This document shows, in pieces, positions 56,262 to 64,000 of a stretch of DNA of 64,000 nucleotides. Under the pieces are notes generated by a model that saw nothing but the letters and a program-made list of their open reading frames with translations, did no database searches and had not been told where the DNA came from. The translations under genes and the position numbers were made by a program. The stretch lies in the NCBI GenBank assembly GCA_014905635.1, contig JABVCE010000018.1:558001-622000 (forward strand), read 5' to 3'. The stretch's first letter is position 1; each line of letters starts with the position of its first letter. The stretch is from Scenedesmus sp. PABB004. Taxonomy: Eukaryota.

Positions 56262-56771
56262 GCGGGGAGCGGCTCTGCCGGGCGGCGGCCGCGCACACGT
56301 GCTGTGGGCGAGGCCCGGACCGGCCGCCGGTTAACCGAGGCGGCGAGGCGCGCCAGACAGAGTGGCAGACTCCGGCGCCCCGGCACGCGGGGCCACGCTG
56401 CGCAGCTGCTGGTGGCAGCAAGCCACAGGCCCTGCCGCGCGCGCACACACTTGGTGGCACATACAGACACACGCTGCGGCATCACAGAGTGCCGGCAGTG
56501 CAGTGCAGCCCAGCCGCCGCCCTCGGTCGTGCAAGCCCCGCCGCCAGCAAATCAATGGAGAATGGGGATACACGCCCGCGGGGCCAGCACGGGCTGGCGC
56601 CGCTGCAGGGGCTGGGAAAGGGAAGAAGTGGTCAAGGGCAGTCGGTCGGCCCATGGGGGCCACGCCCGGAGCTGGCTGCAGCTCCCGTCCACGCCGCCCT
56701 GACTGTGCGCAGTCAGGGGGGGCTTGACTAGCCTAGGAGCCGGGCGCCTTGAGGGCTGCACCGCGCCGCCG

Positions 56772-59700
56772 TCACCGCCGCCCGTAGGCCATGTAGGGGT
56801 TGGGCTGGCCGTAGCCGCCGCCGCCGTAGCCGCCGCCGCCGCCGTAGTAGCCGCCCTGGCGCATGTGGCCGTAGCCGTACCCCGGCGCCGACAGCATGCC
56901 GTCAGCGGCGGCCGTGCGCGCCGCGTCGGAGCCGTACGGCACTGCGGCGGCGGCCGCGGCGGGGGGTCAGCGGTCGGTGGCGGCGCACCGCCGCCCGCGC
57001 GGCGCGCGGCGCAGCCCCGCCGCGGCCGCCCGCGGCGCGCTCACCGCACGCCTGGGCGCCCCAGTTGCAGAGGTGACCAGACGGGCAGCAGTTCCCGCCG
57101 CAGGCCAGCGTGCCGGCGGCACAGCAGAGCGAGCGTGCGGGGTCGCCACAGGTCTGGCCCACGCCGCAGATGGTGGTGCCGCACTGCTGCGAGCCCGCGG
57201 GCACGCACCGGCCGTTGAGACAGCTCATGCCCGCGGTGGTCGCGCAGCAGCCAGCGCCGCATGCGCTCTCCGCCCGCGCGCAGCAGACCCCATTCTGGCA
57301 GGTTTGATCCGGCGAGCACGTCCCGCCCCCACACGGCGTGACTCCGATTGGAAGGCACTGATTGCCTGAGCTGCACTGGTTCCCCGCGCCACAGCACTGG
57401 CCGCCGCAGAACGATGACCCCACCGGGCAGCAAAGCGCGCCGCCGGCACACACCGTCCCTGCCGGGCAAACGATTGAGCCCGCACAGAGCGTCGAGCCGG
57501 CGGGCGCGCAGACGCCGTTGAGGCAGGTGCCGCTGCAGCAGGCGCCACCGCAGGCGCTCTCGCCCGCACCACAGCACACGCCCGGCGCGAGGCAGCTTTG
57601 CCCCGGTCCGCAGGCCTTGGACCCGCAGGCCGTTGATCCGGCCGCGAGGCACTGCCCCAGCACGCACGTTTCGCCCGCGGCCGCGTCGCAGCAGGTCGCG
57701 CCGCACGCCGGCGTGCTCGCGTCGCAGCAACGCCCGCTGAGGCACTGCTGCATTGGGCCGCACGCGGAGGCCCCACAGACGCTGCTGCCGACGGGCATGC
57801 AGCGGCCGTCGCCGAGGCACACGCTTCCTTGCCCACAGCAGGAGCTTCCGCACAGGCTGGCGCCGGGCTGGCAGCACGCCAGATCATCCAAGCACGTCTC
57901 CCCAGGCGAGCAAACGGAGCGACCGCACAGCGTGCTGCCCGCTGCGGCCATGAACACGCCTGCGACGCGGGCGCGGGGTGCCCAGGGGGCGGGGGGAGGG
58001 GTCAGCGGCGTGCCGACCAGGGCCTTGGCAACCAGCACGCGCTCCCCGCGCCTCTCCACCACCAGCTCACCCGCCTCCTGCTTGGTCGCGTTGCCGCCGC
58101 GCTCAAGCACGTGTGCCGCCGACGGCGCGCCGCGCTCGCGCTGCTGCAGGTGCGCACCGCGGACGATGGGCTTGGCCAGCGGCGCAGCAGCCGGTCGCCT
58201 CACTTGGTGCTTTGCTGTGTGCACGACAGCGTGCTGCTGCCTGGCCGGCTTCCTGCCAGCAGGCACTGCTGGCGGGCTGGCGGGCTGGCGGCTGTGGTGC
58301 TTTGCGACCGGGTGGCTGACCGGCTTGGCCGGCTTCCTGCTCGCTGGCGGCCTGGCTGCGTGCTTGGCTGCCACCTTCACCGTCTGCTTGGCCGCCGGCT
58401 GCTTGGCCGCCGGCTGCTTGGCCGCCGGCTGCTTGGCAACCGGCTGCTTGGCCGCCGGTCGCTTGGCCACGTGCTGCTTGGCCGCGTGCTTGGCCGTGCC
58501 CGTCTGCGGCGTCTTGGCCGGCGGAGCGCCCCTGTCCTTGCGCACGCCGGTGGCGCCCGAGGGCGGCCCAGCGGCGTCGACCGTGGCGCCCGTGCAGCCG
58601 CCGGCCCAGCTCGGCGGCGTGCCGTCTGCCGGCAGCGCGTCGCAGCCGAGGAGGTCCAGCTTCACGCGGCTGGTCGCGGTGTCGGGGGCCTGCACGCCGT
58701 CCGACGTCGACTCCACGGTCGCCGTCGTCACGACCTGTCGCGGCCGGGGCGCCGCGCGTCGGTGCGCGGCGCGGCGCGCTGCGCGCCCGGCCGCCGCCGC
58801 GCGTCGCCGCACAGCGCGCCCGGCCGCCGCCGCGCGTCGCCGCACGGCGCGCCGCACCTCCCACTTGCGCCCGCACTTGTCGCGCGGCACCTCGGCAAAC
58901 AGCGCGGTGTAGGTGAAGGTGCGCGTGTCGTCGAGCAGCGTCGACGGCGGCGGCTGGGTGCCCGAGACCGCCGTCGGCAGCAGGCGGCCCTCGCCGGGCT
59001 CAAAGAAGTTGTTGACAAGCGCCGTGTTGGTCGGCGAGGGGCCGCCGAGCCAGGCGAACAGCGCGCCGCCGCCGGCGCCGCCGTCGGCCGCGAAGCGCGC
59101 GTTGGGCGGCGGCGGCAGCGCGGCCGCAAAGTCGTAGCCCCGCGCCGGCGCGGTCACGTGCGCGCCGGTGCCGGGCAGCGCGAGCGTGACGCGCGCCGCG
59201 CCCGACGGCGGCGGGCCGACCGAGAACAACGGCGCGGCGAACGTGCACGTCGCGCCGGCGTCGTCGGCGAGCAGGCTGGCGCAGCGCACCGCGCTGGCGG
59301 GCACGTCCTGCTCGCGCCCGCCCTGCGTCAGCGTCACGAGCGGCGGCGCAAACGGCGTCGCCGCGCCGCCGCCCGCAAAGCGCTGCGGCCGGTCCACGTT
59401 GATGACGCCCTTGAGCAAGTACGCGGGCTGGCGGCGGTACGTGACCGTGAAAACGAGGCGTGACATCTCGTCGACGCTGAGCGGCGTGCCGGGCAGGCCC
59501 GCCACGGGCACGCCGAGCGACGGGGCGCTGGTGGTGATGCTCGGCACCCACACGCTCGCGACGACCGGCGTCAGCTCCGACAGCGACACCGCCAGCGGCG
59601 GCGCGCCGCCCGCCTGCAGCTGCTGCATCAGCTGCTGCTGCTGCTCCGCCGGGCGCATCGGCCGCGCCGCGACGCCGGCGGCGGCGAGCAGCACGCCTGC

Positions 59701-59809
59701 GCGGGCGCGCGGCGCGGGTGAGCGCGCGCGCGTGCGCTCGGCGGGTCGCAGCAGCGCATGACGCGTCCCGTAGCTGCGCACCCAGCAGCGTGGCGGCGCG
59801 GCGGGCCAT
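56772..59809 (-). CDS. Large secreted protein: beta-rich N-domain, PAAKQ repeats, tandem Cys-rich repeats, Gly/Tyr tail ending YGRR*; 3 introns
   Basis: Spliced signal peptide [20 protein letters not shown]; about 10 C-x2-G-x3-CG-x2-C(C)-x-x-GQ-x-C units; last exon 56941-56772. Confidence 0.8.
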
Positions 59810-60295
59810 GCTGGCACGCGCCCGGGCAGCGCAGGCCGGCGTGCTGCTCGGGCTTGCGCGGGCCGCGAGCGCGGCGAAGCGTGCGCGGGCTGGCGCGTGC
59901 GTGCGAGAGCTCCCCGCGAACGCACGGGGCCGGGGCGCAATCCTCCCGGCCTGGACGGGCGCGGGGCATAGCATACCGCGTGGCTGGGTCCGCAAACGCG
60001 CGGTCGGGTCCGCGCTCGCGTTGGGTCCGCCTCGCGTTGGGCCGCGCAGATCGCGCATGCACACGACGGTCGCTGAGCGCTTGCAACGCGTGCGCCGCTG
60101 CCCCAAACGCCGCGGCGGCACCAGGCCGCGCCGCTGCTGCTGGCGGCGGGCGCGGTGGTGACCTCCTGCCGGTCGGTCGCGCGGGCGGCTGCGCTGGTGC
60201 AATTTTGCGGCCGCGATTGGCCTGCGAGGCAGCCGCGGCCAGGCCAAGTGTGGTGCAGCAGAGGATAGGACAGCAGCAGGCCCGGGCACGCGCAG

Positions 60296-61297
60296 ATGCG
60301 GCGCCTGAGCTTGGCGCTGGTCGCTTTGCTTGCCAGCAGCAGCAGCCACGTGGCCGGGCAGGCGCCGCCGCGCCCCGCCGCGGCGGCAGCGGCGCCGACG
60401 CCGCGAGCAGCAGCAGAGGTCGCCGCGGTGCCGCCGACGCCCGGCCCGTGGCAGGCTGCCTTGCTGAGCCTGAACAGCAGCTCTGCCGCGCAGTTGGCGC
60501 GCAGCTGGACGCCGCTGATGAATGGCAGCGCTGCGTGGCCGACGCTGCGGCGCCCGGCGTCCGGCGGCGCCGGCGCTACTGATGACTTTGTCGCGCTGGC
60601 GCGCTACCTGCAGCCGCGCGAGGCCAATGTCCAGGTGAGCGGCGCCGGCAGCAGCCCGGTGGGGCGTGGGCGGCGCCGGACGGCTGGCCTGGAGGCCTGG
60701 AGCCGCGCAGCGCGGCCTGACAGCGCGCCCTGACAGCCGCCCGCGCCCGCGCGCCCGCGCCACCGCCACCAGTTTGCCGCCGCATACTGCCTGAGCCTCG
60801 GCGGCGCGCTCGCGCACTGGCGCAGCGCGGAGGAGCACGCGCAGCTCCGGGCGCTCGCGCTCGAGCTCGCGGCGCGCGCGGGCGGCGCGTGGCACCTGTT
60901 CGTCGGCCTCGTGCAGCGCCCCGGCGCCGCCGAACCGGCCGGCGGCTGGACCTGGGTCCGCGACGGCACGGCCGCGACCTCGCTGCCGTGGGCGCGCGGG
61001 GAGCCAAACCAACACAACGGCGGCGGCCTGCCGGGGCACACCGAGGACTGCGGCGCGTTCGCGACCTACCACGGCCCGCGCGCGCCGGCGCTGCTGGACG
61101 ACGGGCCCTGCAACTACGGCACCACCGATTCAAAGTACCTGGCCCGCAACACCAACCCGCGCATGTCGGTCGCGTGCCGCGTGCCGCGCGGCAGTGGTGG
61201 CGGCGGCGGCGGCGGCGGCGGTGCAGCGGGCGCGGCGGGCGCGGCGGGCGCGGCGGTGGTGGCGGCAGCGGGCGCGGCGGGCGCGCACGGAGCGTGA
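60296..61297 (+). CDS. Secreted C-type lectin domain protein; 1 intron
   Basis: Signal peptide; YCLSLGGALA, LFVGL, WTWV.DG, WARGEPN, EDC, LDDGPC. Confidence 0.85.
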
Positions 61298-62710
61298 TGG
61301 TGGCGGCCGGCCGCGCGGCCTCGTGGGGCAACAACAGCCTTTTGCCGCTTCCGATCCCGGCTCCGCGCATCCGAGCCCAGAAGAATCAGGCCCCGGGGCC
61401 CAACAGATGCCAGCGCCCAGGGCTGCCCTGGCCAGCTCCCATCGTTCAGGCCAGAGCCTCCGGCCCAGCCCCCGACAGAGCTTCTCCGCCTTTTCCCTCT
61501 CGGTGCGACACTCGACCGCCGCACGCGCAGCCTCGCAGCCTGCACGCGCAGCCTCCGAGCCTCGGGGCTCTCCGCCGACCGAATGCCGCCGATGAACCCT
61601 CGCGCCGCCGCCGTGGCGAGCTCGCATGATGCCCCACCCGCCGCCGCCGCCGCTCCTCGCCCGGAGGCGGCGCGCAGACGGGCCTGCCCGTCCGCCCAGG
61701 GTGGCGCCAAACACGGCGCGTTCAGTGTGGCCGAGCCCCCGGCGTTGACTCCAGCCGCCCACCCACCCACCCCCAGCAGCTGGGAGCCTCTCCAGGCTCC
61801 CCTGACAACGGACGACACCCACATGTTGTTTTGAGCGCCCGCCTGGCCGGGGGCTGCTCCGTGCACTGCGCCGCGAGCACCGAGGGCCTCCTGCCCTCGT
61901 GTCTTCCGCCGCCTCCTCCTCCGGTTGTTGCGCCAAGAGCAGTGGGAGTGCAGTCATGACGCAAATGCGCTAGGCGTGCGCCGCCGCGCGTGGGGCCGCC
62001 CAGCCGAGGGGGCGCGCGGCGCAGGCGCAAATGTCGTGCGCAGTGCGGCAGGCCGGAGAAAGAACAGGCCACGCAACGAAAGAAGAAAAAAACAACCTGC
62101 ACACGTTGGTACCACAGTCTGGGCATTCAAAGCAGCACGGCGGGAGCAGCAGGGCGCGCTGCAGCGTGCGGTGCAATGTTCCCCCTGGTTGGCGCACCGC
62201 CCCGCATGCGTTGTTCTCCGGCAGCATTCACCCGAGCGACAGTCGACTCAACCCCCGCCTGGGCGCGGTGTGGGCGCCACGCAGGGCGCGCACATCAGGG
62301 CAGGGGGCAAAGTGCAAAGTGTTCGGCGGCGCTGGCACGGGCAGCCAAGCGCGAATCAACGCGCAGTTCCGGCACGGCGGCGCCGCCGCACTGCGCCGCG
62401 CGGGCAGCAGCGCCGGGCGCGCGCTGGCACACAAGCAAATCAACGCCTGCTGGTGCGCCTGCAGCCGCGGCGCGTGGCGCGACCATGCGACTGTGTATTG
62501 CCCGGCTGTGCGATCAAACAATTGTGCGCGGCCGGGAGCAAAACAAAAAACACCCAAGCCCAAGAGATGCTAGAGAGGGGAGGCATGCGTTGGTGAGGTG
62601 TTGGGGCGACCTCCCCACACGCCAGTGCATTTATGGGCATGCGTTGAGCCCGCGCGCGTGGGGCCGGGCCCGCGCCCTGCTGCTGTGGGCTGGGCGCGGC
62701 GCCCGCGCGC

Positions 62711-64000
62711 TCACCACGCCGCGGTGGGCGCGAGGCCCCGCAGCTGTGCCTGCAGCGCCACGTTGGCCGCGCGCAGCTGCAGCGCCTCGCGCTGCGCGCG
62801 CACGAGCTCGCGCTGCAGCGTGCAGCTGTTGCCCACGGCGGCGCTGTATTTCGCAGTCAGGTCGGACACCTGGGACAGCAGCTCTGCCTTGGCAGCCGCG
62901 AGCGCGTCGGCCTGCGCCTTCAACGCCTCGTGCGCGCCGGCGAGAGCCGCGAGCTGCAGGGCGGGCGCGGGCGCGGGCGGGCGCGGCGCCGCGAGGTCAG
63001 GCTGGCGGCGGGGGCGGCGGCGGCAAGCGCGCGCGCCCGGCGCCGGTGCCGGCCGGCTGCTGGGCGGGGCAGGGCGCACCTCGTCCTCCAGCCGGTTGAC
63101 CTGCTTGCTCAGGTGGTTGACCGACGGCGCGGGCTGCTGCTTGGCCGGCACCTGCGCGCCCCGGGCCCTGCCCGGCCGGGCCTGGCCCCTGCTGGCGCTG
63201 TGCGCCGCCCCGGCCGGCCAGCCCGCGTGCGCGGGCAGCGTCCATGCGGGGGGCGCGTGGTCGCCCGCGGGCGCCGCGCCCGCCGCCAGCTCCGCCGGCG
63301 CGCTGCCGTCGTCGCAGCTCGCGCTGGCGCCGTCGCCGCTGCCGGCGAGCGTCGCCGCGTGGTGGCGCTTGCGCGGCGGCGCGGCCGCGGCGGCGCCGAG
63401 CAGGTCATGGTGGGGCGCGCCGAGCGGCGCGGCGGCCGACAGGTCGCTGCTGTGGGGGCTGGCCAGCCCCATGCTGCCCCCTGACGTCGCCGGCCGCGCC
63501 GGCGGGCTGGCTGGGCCGCCCCAGGAGTGCAGCGGCCGCAGACCGCAGCCGCCGCGGAGCCACGGCGCGGCCGGCTCGGGCGCGCCCGCCGCGAGCGCCG
63601 CCGGCGCCGACAGCTGCTGCGCCAGCGCGCCCGGCGGCGCCGCGAGCGCGCACGATGCCTGCAGCGTCGCCGCGGTCGCCCCGTCGATGACGCCGTCGGC
63701 AACGAGCGAGCCGATCGAGTCGAGCAGCAGCGCCTCGGTCGCTGCGTCCTCCGCCGGCGTGACCGGCCGGCCCCCGCCGCCGCCGGCGCACGAAGCCAGC
63801 GCCTGCGCCAGCTCCGCGCTGCTCACGCGCGCCAGGCCCGCCGCCGCGAAGGGCGTGCCGAGCATCGCCGCCGCCGCTTCGGTGACGCCTGCGACGTGCC
63901 AGGCGGCGGCGCGCGGCGCGCGGCGGCGAGCTCAGGTCGTGGCTGCCGCGGCATGTGCGCCGTGCACGCCCCGTCACGGGAGGCCGCGCGGGGCCCGCGC
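62711..64000 (-). CDS. Protein with C-terminal leucine zipper (bZIP-like); 5' end uncertain or outside the window
   Basis: HLSKQVNRLEDE|LAALAGAHEALKAQ...LTAKYSAAVGNSCTLQREL heptads; intron at ~62956-63079. Confidence 0.55.

Overview
This is eukaryotic nuclear DNA: extremely GC-rich (about 78-80% by eye), gene-dense, with about 28 genes broken by short spliceosomal introns. Gene content (ELIP, FtsH11, HslV, CFAP99, C-type lectin, plastid NAGS) and TGTAA poly(A) signals point to a chlorophyte green alga, probably Sphaeropleales (inference). Most long six-frame ORFs are GC artefacts, so gene models were spliced by hand. Recognisable genes: MLH3 3' end, F-box/LRR, CIA30/NAD(P)-binding protein, NAGS, SAC3-like, HslV, LYR protein, TPT-family transporter, 2x ELIP, class II HDAC-like, FtsH11, CFAP99, Pelle/RLCK kinase, SET methyltransferase, C-type lectin and several secreted orphans. 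Most notable: (1) a probable bicistronic LYR + transporter locus with a 24-nt spacer; (2) several secreted proteins ending in G-R-R or G-R, the amidation signal, including a prion-octarepeat-like PPGGG(GG)WQQ protein expanded by exon+intron duplication; (3) a ~2.6-kb inverted duplication of an ELIP + nsLTP-like gene pair, with a copy-specific 38-bp palindrome; (4) many GC-AG introns; (5) an HDAC lacking the second catalytic His; (6) an orphan with PIN/XPG-like motifs. No rRNA, tRNA, CRISPR array or clear transposon was found. Several single-base frameshifts look like assembly errors.
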